Position numbers and translations under genes: made by a program. A DNA stretch of 64,000 nt from Paraspadella gotoi (taxonomy: Eukaryota > Animalia > Chaetognatha). The notes below the pieces were generated by a model that worked only from the letters and a program-made list of their open reading frames with translations, made no database searches and was not told the DNA's origin. The stretch's first letter is position 1, and each line of letters begins with the position of its first letter. This document shows, piece after piece, positions 40,620 to 51,566 of the stretch. The stretch lies in assembly GCA_051294375.1 (NCBI GenBank), contig JBJCIZ010000957.1, positions 1 to 64,000 of the forward strand, written 5' to 3'.

Positions 40620-41590
40620 TGCAAGTTGAAAAAAATTATAGCAAGTTAAAAAAAAGATTATGCAAGTTAATAAAATTAAATAAAATTGAAAAAAATTATG
40701 CAAAGTTTAAAAAATTATGCAAATTGAAAAAAAATTATGCAAGGTTAAAAAAATGCATTAACTATTCAATTGAAAAAATTATGCAAGTTGAAAAAATTAT
40801 GCAAGTTGAAAAAATTAGGCAAGTTGAAAAAATTATGCAAGTTGAAAAATTATGGCAAGTTAAAATATTATGCAAAGTTGAAAAAATTATGCAAGTTGAA
40901 AAAATTATGCAAGTTGAAAAAATTATGCAAGTTAAAAATAATGCAAGTTGAAAAATTATGCAAATTGAAAAATTATGGCAAGTTAAAAAATTTAAATTGA
41001 AAAATTATGGCAAGTTGAAAAATTAGCAAGTTGAAAATTATGCAAGTTAAAAAATATGCAATTTAAAAAATTATGCAAATTAAAAAATAATGCAATTAAG
41101 AAAAATTATACAAGTTGAAACATATTATGCAAGTTAAAAAATTATGCAAAGTTGAAAAAAATTATGCAAGTGAAAAAATTAGCAATTGAAAATTATGCAA
41201 GTTGAAAAAATTATGCAAGTTGAAAAAATTAATGCAAGTTGAAAAAATTATGCAAGTTGAAAATAATTATACAAGTTGAAAAAAATTATGGCAAGTTGAA
41301 AAATATGCAATTCAAAAAATTATGCAAATTAAAAAATATATGCAAGTTAAAAACAAGCAAGTTGAAAAAATTATGAAAGTAGAAAAAATTATGCAAGTTG
41401 AAAAAATTATGAAAGTTGAAACAATTATGCAAGTTAAAAAATAATGCAAGTTAATAGCAAGTTAAAAAAATTATGCAAGTTAAAAAAATTATGCAAGTTG
41501 AAAAATTATGCAATTTAAAAAATTATACAATTTAAAAAAATTAATGCAGTTAAAAAAAGTAAGCAAGTTGAAAAAAGTATGCAGGTTGGC
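40620..41590. repeat. ~18-bp minisatellite (AAAAAATTATGCAAGTTG)n
   Basis: About 1 kb tandem array; explains the MQVEKI/KKLCKL pseudo-ORFs. Confidence 0.92.
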
Positions 41591-43847
41591 AAGATAAAAA
41601 ACGACGACAGACAACATACGACGACGACGACTACGTACAAATCAGAATCAGAAGCAGTAGCGACGGAGAAAAAAGAAGAGAGAGAGGCGACATATAATTA
41701 AAGAGAGAGAAGGAAGTGACAAAAAGAAAAGCAAAAAAAAAGAAAGCTGAAATAAAATTTTTTTGGTAAAAAAAGAGAGAGAGAGAGAGGAGGGGAGAGA
41801 GATGAGAAAGAAGAGAGAGAGAAGTTTCCCCCAACGAGACGCATTATTAGGTCACTCTCGTTATATCGGTTTCCGTTGCCTCGCAACGGCGGGGTGAAAT
41901 TGGGTCATGTTGATTTATTTATACACGTAACCGTTCCGTTGCCATCGAACGCGTTATTAGGTCATATTCCTCGACATTGTTTACTCGTTGCCCGACCGCA
42001 ACGACCACGAATGTAGGTCAAGTTATGTTATTGTATTTTGGGATTTTGTATTGAGATAAAAAGATAAATGGCGATATAAAAGTTTTTAAAAGGAAAAAAA
42101 TAATCAGAATTTTTCAAAATACGAACGAATCACGGCAAGAGGTCATACAGAGAGAGACAGATACACACAGAGAGAGAGACAGAGAAAGACAGAGAGAGAG
42201 ACACAAAGAGAGAAAGACACACGAGGAGAGAGACAGAGGAGAGACACCACAGAGAAGAACCGCAAACAAATATTTAGAAACGTGATAGAAATAAAATTGT
42301 ATCTGTGTTGGGCCGCGCGGTTCCCCTTCGCGTTTTGAATCGCAAATGCAAGCATCTTCCCTGCGGTCCTGGATTGCGCGGGCTGGCCAATCCACCGGTC
42401 GAGAATTGGGAGAAGAATAATTCTACTTTTTACGCGGTTTCCACGCGCAGCCATTGAGGAAACGCGTTGGTCGTAGTATTGTAGAGTCGCATATGATCTT
42501 GTATATATGACGGCCAACCGTTTCTAAAACCCATGAGGGTTATACTATTCGATGCAACGGATTTTGTACCGTGTTTTTAATCTGTTCTGTGTACCCTTGT
42601 TATTTAATCTGTTTTATAACTTTTGTTTAATTACTGTTTGTTTTTAAGTTGTTTTTAAATTGATTTTAATCGTTTATTCGTGCTTATATTTGATGTCAAT
42701 ACATGTTTTTAACCTCGCTAAACCTTCAAATTCGTGGCCGAGCGACTTTAGGTTATTTTAGGTACAAGATCAAACAAAAATTGTTTTGTTAGTGTGTGAT
42801 TAAGCATAAATTAACCTATATTTTTTCAATTGAAATAAGACTGAAGTCTTTTGTTCATCTAGTTCAAAATGAGGTTCAAAACCTTATCTATTCGCATATT
42901 ATTGAAAATGAATGAGATTGATATAGATTGTATGAAATGAAAACTTTTCGGTAAAGCTAAACTATTTTCAATATAACTATTATTTTATATATATATTATA
43001 TTATATATTATATATATTATATGTGTTATATTATTTTATATTATATATTATTATTACTATATTATAACTATTACTATTATATAACCATTATAACTATTTT
43101 CACTATAATATTTTTGACTTCCAAATATTTTTTTACTTATCAAAAAAAATTTTATTTCCTCATCTTAAAAAAATTTTAATCTTGAATTAAATTTTAGATT
43201 GTTCTTTTTTTATGAAGAAACCAGACCGAGGTCAAATTTTATATTTGCATATTTAACTAATTTATAAATAGTTATCGCAACTCAAATAATTATTATTTAA
43301 AAATGATTAATTATATACACTAAAAATATTTATAGATTTAATAAGTACAAATTATCCAGAATAACAAAAAAGGTAATGTTTAATTTGACTAGTATATCTC
43401 TGCTTCTCAACCTCCTTTTTTTGAGATATAATTGCACAATGAGCTGGGCCCAACCGCGTTCCAAAGTTAACAATTAATAAATAAAAACAGGCCTGGCGAA
43501 CAAGAGTCGAAAGCATGTCTGTGTGAATATAAATAAATAAACTTGTTGTAGTTACAAACTCTAAACTTTGTTTTCGTAAAACACCAAAAACAGACAAAAA
43601 ACGGAAAGGAATTAGGGCAAATTTATCATAATTTGATGTTCTGACATGATATAAGTGAGTATACGACAAGATTGAGGGGGCGGACCGACGACCGAAAAAG
43701 TGAATTATAGAGTCGGGATCTGCTGAAAGCAGATCCGACTTAAAAACCGGTTATCTTGCGCGATTTGCGAAGACACAGCCTAATCTTTTTTTCAAAACGA
43801 TTGCGCTATTATTTTCTTTTATTGTACCGATTTCACTCATTGAAGAG

Positions 43848-44061
43848 ATGTTGATTCCCGACGCTTTATGTTAAACAAGGTAATTCTGATATATGGTGTT
43901 TAAACTAGATAATACGTTATAGAGTTAAACATTTTCCTTTTCTATTTGAATTAAAAACAGGATGGAAAAAGTACACATGCGACAACTGTTTGAGTTTCAT
44001 ACTGGGCTCTCGTACTGATTGTTGGACTAGTCATTCTTTATCGTGTTGGTCGCCAAAGAAA
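43848..44061 (+). CDS. Putative 5' exons (43848-43879, 43961-44061) of the FReD gene encoding a transmembrane/signal-anchor segment
   Basis: GT/AG sites present; reads MLIPTLYVKQGWKKYTCDNCLSFILALVLIVGLVILYRVGRQE only if three single-base homopolymer insertions are corrected. Confidence 0.4.
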
Positions 44062-44104
44062 GTAAGCGAAGTTTTTTAAACATGACCATACTAGATACGA
44101 TAAA

Positions 44105-44500
44105 AATACTAGTAAAAGAGACGAAAAAATTTTACTACAACGATTTAAATGTTGTACATTGCACTAATGTATTATCATTTTACTATTCTCTCTCTCTTCT
44201 CTCTCTCTCTCTCAATTGACCATTTCATTTCTTCTTCACAACTCACTCCTTCTGCCCTTACCTTCAACCTGTCCTCACTCTGACCACAATTCTTTTCTTA
44301 CCACTTTGTTGGCAAACTTTCTCTGTCTCTCTGTTCTCTCTGCTCTCTCTCTCTCACTCTTCTTTAACACAAAAATTTTCACAATATTCAAAAAACTGCT
44401 ATTTGCCGTTGAAGACTTGTACAAAAGTCGAAACATGTCCATTGAATAAAAATAAATCGTAGTAAAAACTTTTTTCGTCTCTTCTACTAACATTAACGCG
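44105..44500 (+). mobile_element. Intronic Penelope pLTR remnant with short inverted end and mutated hammerhead (44406-44439)
   Basis: CCGTTGA-a-GACTT..AAGTC-GAAA-catGTC; 44105-44150 is the reverse complement of 44455-44490. Confidence 0.7.
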
Positions 44501-44607
44501 ACGAAACGAAATGATTAACACAATAGATAAAAATACTAAACATACTAAACATTTTAGTAAACATTCTAAACAAACTATAAACATTAACAAACGCTAAATA
44601 AAAACAG

Positions 44608-47600
44608 GCTATGATCTCGGCGACGCTAAACACAAGATCGAGAGTTTGAAAGACTCGGACAAGGGAGGCTCCACTGGTGAGTCAGTGATGCTATTTAATC
44701 ATATTTAATATAACACATGAAACATTTTTTTAATTTCATTGCAGACTCGAAAGATAAAAATATTTTGCAACAAATTCACAATTTAACGCTGAGTTTGAGC
44801 GACACTATCAAAGAAGATTTTCAAGAATATCTTTCTAAATTATGTAAGGATTAGGTATTATTGACCTTTCTCTACCCTAAATGTGTTTTAGAATACATAG
44901 TAGCAAAATAGTTTTCAATTACAAGCTAGACATTTTAATCAGTTAAGTGTGAGGCATAAAGTAATATAAACAGTTTTTTTTTCTTTTCTTTTAAACAGAC
45001 TTTGCGGGAGAACACGAAAAAGCTGGTAATTTTTATTAATAAAGCTTAAAATGAGAATTTTAAAGTTGAAGTTTGACAATTCATAAACATAATATTCTAT
45101 TTTTTAACTTGCGAAATTTGTTCACAATGTAAAAAGTAGTACCTAAGTAATGATAACATCGTGGCTTTATGTAAATGCCTAAAACCTCAAAGGTGACTTG
45201 TTTTAATCCTCAGATTCACACGGTGAGGTGGCCGCCTTTTAAAGAGTGGACAATCATTATGTACCACGACCTTCTGCAGTCGAACATTTTCGAAAACTCG
45301 GGATGGGACGCGTACGTGAATGGATTCGGTAGCAACGATTGGAACAGCAGGTTTAACAAATAAGATTGATAAATTTCAAATGATTTAAAAAAAGTGTTAA
45401 GATATAACTATGAGTAAAGCAAAATAACAGGATAAAAAGAGTAAAAAGAGATAAGAGAAAATTAAAACTTAAGAAATCAAATGAAAATTAAACAAATAAG
45501 GTAAAAATGAAGATCAAATCAATCAAGAAAACATCACAGGCTTCACTTTAAAAAATTAAATCTGATAACTCTTTATTAATCATTAAATTCTTCTCATAAA
45601 CTCCCAGCAACGCCTATTGGATGGGACTGGAACCAATGAGGAATCTGACCCTTATTGGTCATTGGCGTCTCCTGGTTGCCGTCAAATATCTTCACAATTA
45701 CGACGGAGGTTGGGATTTGCGACGAGACACTTGGGGTTGGGGCATTTGGGATGGATTTCATCTCAATAAAGACAGATACATGCTCGATCTTGGAAACAGG
45801 TGTGAGCGAGAGAGAGAGAGAGAGATATTCGTAGATATTAGAGTTCCCCAGCCTCATTAAACTCCTTACAAAGTTCTCACTCGGTCCGGTTTTCCCATTA
45901 TTTTTTTGACTTCAACTCATTTTGAAAACCCTGTACAAGCTAAAAAGGTTTTGGTTAATTAACCCAATTGAGCATCAAAGTCAATAGGTAGTGATGCAAA
46001 AAAATTGGTTTGAAAATGAACGAATTCATCAAATCAAGTGTTTCTTGATCTTTATATAAATGTTTTACACTATCAACTGCTAGAGAACATAGCTGGGCTG
46101 ATTTTCCTAAGATCGTCATATTAGATTAAAAGAATATCTCATGATTATGGGGCGTGGCCCTAACCGGAAGTGAGGTTTTACGTCAAAATTGTGTTCAAAT
46201 TTTGACAAAATGTCTAGTGCTTTTTAGGAATAAGATGGCATGTATTGGGATGATATTGAACTGTAGGGAAGAGTGTTACAAAAAATGTGTTCCCAAAATC
46301 TAATGATTCTTTATACACAAAACACGTCGGCTTTGGGAACGTCAACCTACCGTCACAAAAAAAATACCATTTAGTCGGTCGCCATCTGTAATGGAAAATG
46401 AAAGTGTTGATGATCATGGCAATAATGTTAAAATCAAAAAAGACTTATATAATTATTGTGACGCCGCTAAAAATCCTCTTTCAAATAAAGAATATATTTT
46501 GACAGTGGAAGCAACCGCTGCGTAATTTTTGTCTTGCCATCACTCGTTTATATGTCTTAATTCAAACAATTTGGTAATAAATATTGCATTTTACAATTTT
46601 GTGATGCTCTTTTGCCTAACGGAGATTTTCCATTTTTAGTGACTTGCTCGTCATAATCTTTTTAATTTTGGTCAAAACTGTTTTAACGGGGGGAGCGACA
46701 AATATTATGCCTCACCTCAGTTATTTTCTGTCTTTTTCCCTCTCTTATTTTTTGACCGTACTTAAGTTGTCCTCACGCGTTCGGCCAAATCATTTCGTCG
46801 GTCTTTTTGTCATTATTTTGTCGTAATTTGGCAAGACTCATGATCAATCTTCATTCTTCAGTTCATTTTTACGACTTACAAATAGTAGCATCGCCCGTCC
46901 TGAAACTTGAGTTTTTACCATGAAATAACTTAGTATTTCACGCTCGTGATATCTAATGTTCCAGCGTTGTCCGTCCCTTGAAAGCTCTGACATAGGTTTT
47001 CATGAATCTTTTTCCCTGAATATCGAGTAAAATAATGAATGAAAAGTAGAAATGAAAATTTAGTAACTTGTATTTGACATAAAAATGTCCATAAAAATCC
47101 TGTAAAACTCAATTTCAGGACGGGCGATGCTACTTTTATTAAGGCAAAAAATGTACTAAACATTTCTCCTGAGCATCTTCAAATTACGACAAAAAAATGA
47201 CAAAATACCGACGAAATACTAACCAGTAAATCATTTGGCCGAACGCGTGAGGAAAACTTAGGTATGGTCAAAATAGGACTTTGGCCGAGAGAGGAAAAGA
47301 AAGAAATTACTGAGGCGAGGCATAAAATTTGACAGTCATCCTGTCTATGTCTTAACAACTATTAATTTCTAAGCTTATTTTCGGTGAGTTAATGATATTG
47401 GTGAGGGCTTTTGTATATTAAATGGGATCATCATGGCCTTTCAAAGCCGTAACTTTCATTTGTAGTGGTTTATGCACATTTTTTGAATTAAGTAAAATTA
47501 TTTATTGCTGACAGACAACGAATTTGTTTTTATTTTCAAAGATAAACATTGTGTAAAGACTTTTTGTTTTCGTTGTTTTTAGTAATTAGGAGAAAACAAA

Positions 47601-49389
47601 TTGATTTGTTTTGGCAACGAATTGTATTAGTAGTTTACACCAGACATGTTTCGACTCTGCAGTCTTCATAACTAAGAAGAATGAAGACTCTAAACTGCAG
47701 AGTCGAAACATGTCTGCTGTAAACTACTAATACAATTCGTTGCCAAAACAAATCAAATTGTTTTTCTCCTAATTATTTTCAAGGAGAAAAATGAACATGT
47801 TTAGTATGCTCGCCTTCATCAGCGCAAAATAATATGTTGTGAAAAGAGAGAGAGAGAGAGAGAGAGAGAGAAGAAAGGTTTTCTAACAAAGAATTGAGAA
47901 AAGAGAGGCTATGAAAGAGAGTGTGTGAAAGACAAATGAAATATAGTGAAATACATTTTGTACCTATTTTATAATATAATAAATAGTTTTAATGCGTTTT
48001 TATAAGTTGGAATTTACTTTTTTTAATTGCATTTTCCCAAAAATTATTCTTTTTATCTTTTTACTTTCGGTTATTTTTGTCCCACAGTACAGATGAACTG
48101 TTTCAAAAAAAATACTCAGTAAATAAACATCTAAGTTTTGTGGCATAATTGGTATTTATCTTTAAAAAATAAACTAAAGAGAAAAAATTTTAAGATTTTT
48201 AGAATAAATAAAAATTATAAAACAAGGTTTGCGCTACTTGACTTTGATGGAAACATTTTTTGTCCAAATTTGAGTTAAAACCCCTCTAATGTAAATAAAT
48301 AACGGGAAACCACTCTGAGTGAGAACCATATAGAGGATTATTTGACGATTGGGAGGTCTATGCCTATACAAGTAATTTATTTTTACCTGAGGAAAAAAAA
48401 ATTTTTTTTTAAATTTTAAAACCAAAATAATTAATAATTTGTTAGATTATCAGAATAATAAAATATAAGCAAAATATAACTCAGAGAAATAGATTAGTTA
48501 CTTTTGTTGCATTTAAAATCAATTTAAAAAAAATTTGAACAATTAAAACATTTATATGCTGAAAACCTTACTTCCGGTTAAGGCCACGCCCAATATAACA
48601 AGATATTTTTTCAAAATTAATAAAACAAAACTAGCTACTGGTGTTTTTAACTAATAATGGTGAAAAATCCTTAAATTTTAGCATATTAAAACTCTTTCTT
48701 TAAAAATTATTATCATTTTTCGCCAAATTTTTTTTTGCATCAGTACTAGTTCACTTTGACGCTCTATTGGTTTATTAGCAAAAACATTTTTTGGTCAAAC
48801 AGACTTTAAAATGAATTTAAGACAAGAAATAATGGGGAAACCGGACCGAGTGAGAACTTAGTATGGGGTTTTTTCAGGCTGGGGAACTCTAGTAGATATT
48901 CGATATAAACTAATTAAATTCCTTATTGAAGGATTCGAATATTCAATATGGGCGAATACGACGCCATGGATTATCATCGCGGGAAAGTTTTTTCCACGCG
49001 CGATCGAGACAACGATAATAGGTCAGTTGTTTAAATTTTTTTTCAACATTCAACATTTAACATTGAATGTATGAATTATAAAATATCTAGACATTGTTTG
49101 TTTCCTTTCAATTCGTTATGTTTGATAATAGAAGACGTTTTTAATTTGAGATTACAACGATTTTTTATTTCAATTTTAGACGTACATGTTTCGGCTTTAA
49201 AGCTCAAGCCTTCTTCAGCGTCAGACAATGTTATGAAATTTTTTCAAATTATTGTGCAAAGGAAAGTTAGAGAGAGAGAGAGAGAGAGAAAGGGCAAAGT
49301 TTTCCAACAAAGAACAGTGGTCAGATGTGATGACAGGTTAAGGTGAAGACAGTTTGAGCAAGGTTGTGAAAAGAAATTAAATGGTGAAT

Positions 49390-49425
<36 letters not shown>

Positions 49426-49883
49426 AGAGAGAACATTGGAAAATGATACATTGTGCAATGTACAACAAAGATAAATTATTTGAACTAACAATGAAATTAA
49501 TATTTTTAACAATTAACTAGTTAAAAAGTGTGAAAATGAAAAATTGAAATATGATAGATACATGAGTTAATATTAGTATGAAAGTGAAAGTTTAAGAATT
49601 AAGAAAGAGCTCAAAATGAGCTGGCCCCCTTTGGTTGAAGCAAATGAAAGGCCTAGACGATGTGGTCGAGTCATTAGCGCGTCAAAGGTTGAGAGGTCAT
49701 GTTGGTTGAGCCTGTGTGTGCTGGACTGGGGAGGCTTCCTTGTGGGAAGAGTCCAAAGGCTATCCTAATGTCTCTCTGGCCTGGTACGCCTGTCGACAGC
49801 CCTCTTCTTGCCTGCTGGCGAGGTGGGTTGTTGTCGGTTTTTGCCGCTTTAGCTTTACATTGCACAATGTATCATTTTCCAAT

Positions 49884-49929
<46 letters not shown>

Positions 49930-50392
49930 ATTCACCATTTAATTTCTTTTCACAACCTAGCTCAATCTGTCTTCACCTTAACCTGTCCTCACATCTGACC
50001 ACTGTTCTTTTCTCAACTCTGTGTTGGAAAACTTTGCCCTTTCTCTCTCTCTCTCTCTAACTTTCCTTTGCACAATAATTTGAAAAAAATTTACAACATT
50101 GTCTGACGCTGAAGAAGGCTTGAGCTTTAAAGCCGAAACATGTACGTCTAAAATTGAAATAAAAAATCGTTGTAATCTCAAATTAAAAACGTCTTCTAAA
50201 ATATCTAGAATAGAATCTTTCCATTGCCTTTTTTTTGTCAGCCCCGATTCCTGTGCCCAGATCTACGGCGGCGGTTGGTGGTACGGCCGATGTCGCAATG
50301 CCTGCCCAACCTGCAGAGCCAAGTCGCGGACTTGGTACGACACTCAGACTCGGTACTGCAAGGAGGCGCTCATGGCCGTCGTCAAGGTTTAA
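44608..50392 (+). CDS. Fibrinogen-related domain (FReD) protein, spliced; exons 44608-44676, 44745-44843, 44999-45024, 45214-45350, 45608-45799, 48932-49021, 50242-50392
   Basis: All introns GT-AG with consistent phases (1,1,0,2,2,2); WDAYVNGFG, YWMGLE..LT, FSTRDRDND, CAQIYGGGWWYGRC; TAA at 50390-50392. Confidence 0.9.
46702..47328. mobile_element. Foldback/MITE nested in the hAT element
   Basis: ~220-bp imperfect inverted arms (e.g. TCCTCACGCGTTCGGCCAAAT and GTAGCATCGCCCGTCCTGAAA mirrored). Confidence 0.7.
47583..47775. mobile_element. Palindromic Penelope pLTR tip (two inverted truncated hammerheads)
   Basis: ~85-bp arms; ATGAAGACTC..GAGTCGAAACATGTC lacking the CUG of the core; further degenerate minus-strand hammerhead at ~47793-47825. 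Confidence 0.7.
49179..49222 (-). ncRNA. Minimal hammerhead ribozyme
   Basis: Exact reverse complement of 50105-50148. Confidence 0.85.
50105..50148 (+). ncRNA. Minimal hammerhead ribozyme
   Basis: GACG-CTGAAGA-a-GGCTT gagcttta AAGCC-GAAA-catGTA-CGTC. Confidence 0.85.
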
Positions 50393-50401
50393 AAATCATC
50401 A

Positions 50402-50500
50402 TGCCTGGTTCCAAGTCCAGGCCTGGACTTGATGATGAAACGGACCCTGGCCAGGGTCCGTTTCATCGCTGCTAGAGGGGATTAAAGATATTGAGGATAG
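50402..50500 (+). repeat. SINE 3' fragment with two adjacent perfect palindromes in FReD 3' UTR
   Basis: 20-bp palindrome 50412-50431, 34-bp palindrome 50434-50467; flanks match the reverse complement of 15790-15855. Confidence 0.7.
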
Positions 50501-51566
50501 CACTCTTTAGTCTTGAGTCTTCAGCCCACTTAACCTAACTCTAAGGTGCTAGGGCGTTATCCTTATACATTATTGCGTATTTGCGTCGACCTTACAAATT
50601 CCATTTTTTGGTTCCGTTTCTTGTTTTGTGTTGAGCTACATATTTGTTAATAACTATGTGAAAATCTTGGTTTAAAAAAAAATGGCGAAATGCTCTTCGT
50701 TGCCCCCTTGCCGTCTGACTGAGCAGCGATCGGGATCGACAAACACAACGATAATTTGAAAGAGGGATTAATTGTTTAGGGTTTTGGTTAGGGATAAGAT
50801 TAGTTTAGGGGATAGATATTAGGGTTAGGGACTAGGGTTAGGGATATAGGTTAGGGACTAGGGTTATCTTTCCCTACGTAACTTTTACAACAACAAAATT
50901 CTGGCTTGCTGGGTGACTCATCGACTCAACTTTTGATTAAATTTCAATCAAAAACGACTCTCTTTAAGTATGATTGAGAGAGTTTGGAGTCTGCAGCTGC
51001 TTGCGTTTAGATAATATTGTTATTATTGTTAGACATTGTTTAATTTTTCTCTCTTTTCGTTGTTCAATAAGATAGCAGATTCGAAAACGAAAGTTTTAGT
51101 ATTTTTACAACGATTTTTATTACAAAGTATTGGACATGTTTTGACTCTTGTTTTCGAGTCTTCATCAGCATTTGACAGTTTTATTTTTCACAATCATAAA
51201 GTTGGGGATAGAGAGAGTGAGAGAGAGAGAGAGAGAGAGATTCCAACAAAGAATTGAGAAAGGACAGTGGTCAGATTTCAGGACAGGTGAAGGCAAGGAC
51301 AGGAGAAAGGGGAAATAAGTTGATTTTGAAATGGTGACAAAGAGAGAGAGAGAGAAACATTACATTTTTTAAATGTACAACAAAGATAAATGAATCAGTA
51401 AACTAAATGAATAATAGTAACAAAGAAATAATAATAAATAGTTGATTTAACTAATGGAGTATAAGTGAAAGTGAAATTTGAAGAATAAGTGGTGAGGGAT
51501 AGGTAAGTAAAGATTTTAGAGAAAAATTAAGTTAAGAAAGAAGCTCAAATTGAGCAAAAACGGAAG

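Larger units (their letters stand above)
34089..43742 (-). mobile_element. HINE family A composite hosting the LINE and other inserts
   Basis: 3' terminus at 34089; sequence resumes after the LINE at 40147 matching the reverse complement of ~6620-7000; 5' hairpin at 43711-43740. Continuity across 41800-43600 uncertain. Confidence 0.55.
45839..48891. mobile_element. Non-autonomous hAT element in FReD intron
   Basis: TIR TAGAGTTCCCCAGCCT/AGGCTGGGGAACTCTA, 8-bp duplication GTAGATAT (45831-45838, 48892-48899), long subterminal inverted similarity. Confidence 0.9.
49092..50196 (-). mobile_element. Truncated Penelope-like insertion with inverted pLTRs in the last FReD intron
   Basis: Arms ~49128-49465 and ~49855-50196; ORF-tail remnant 49620-49850; 13-bp duplication TAAAATATCTAGA (49079-49091, 50197-50209). 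Confidence 0.88.
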
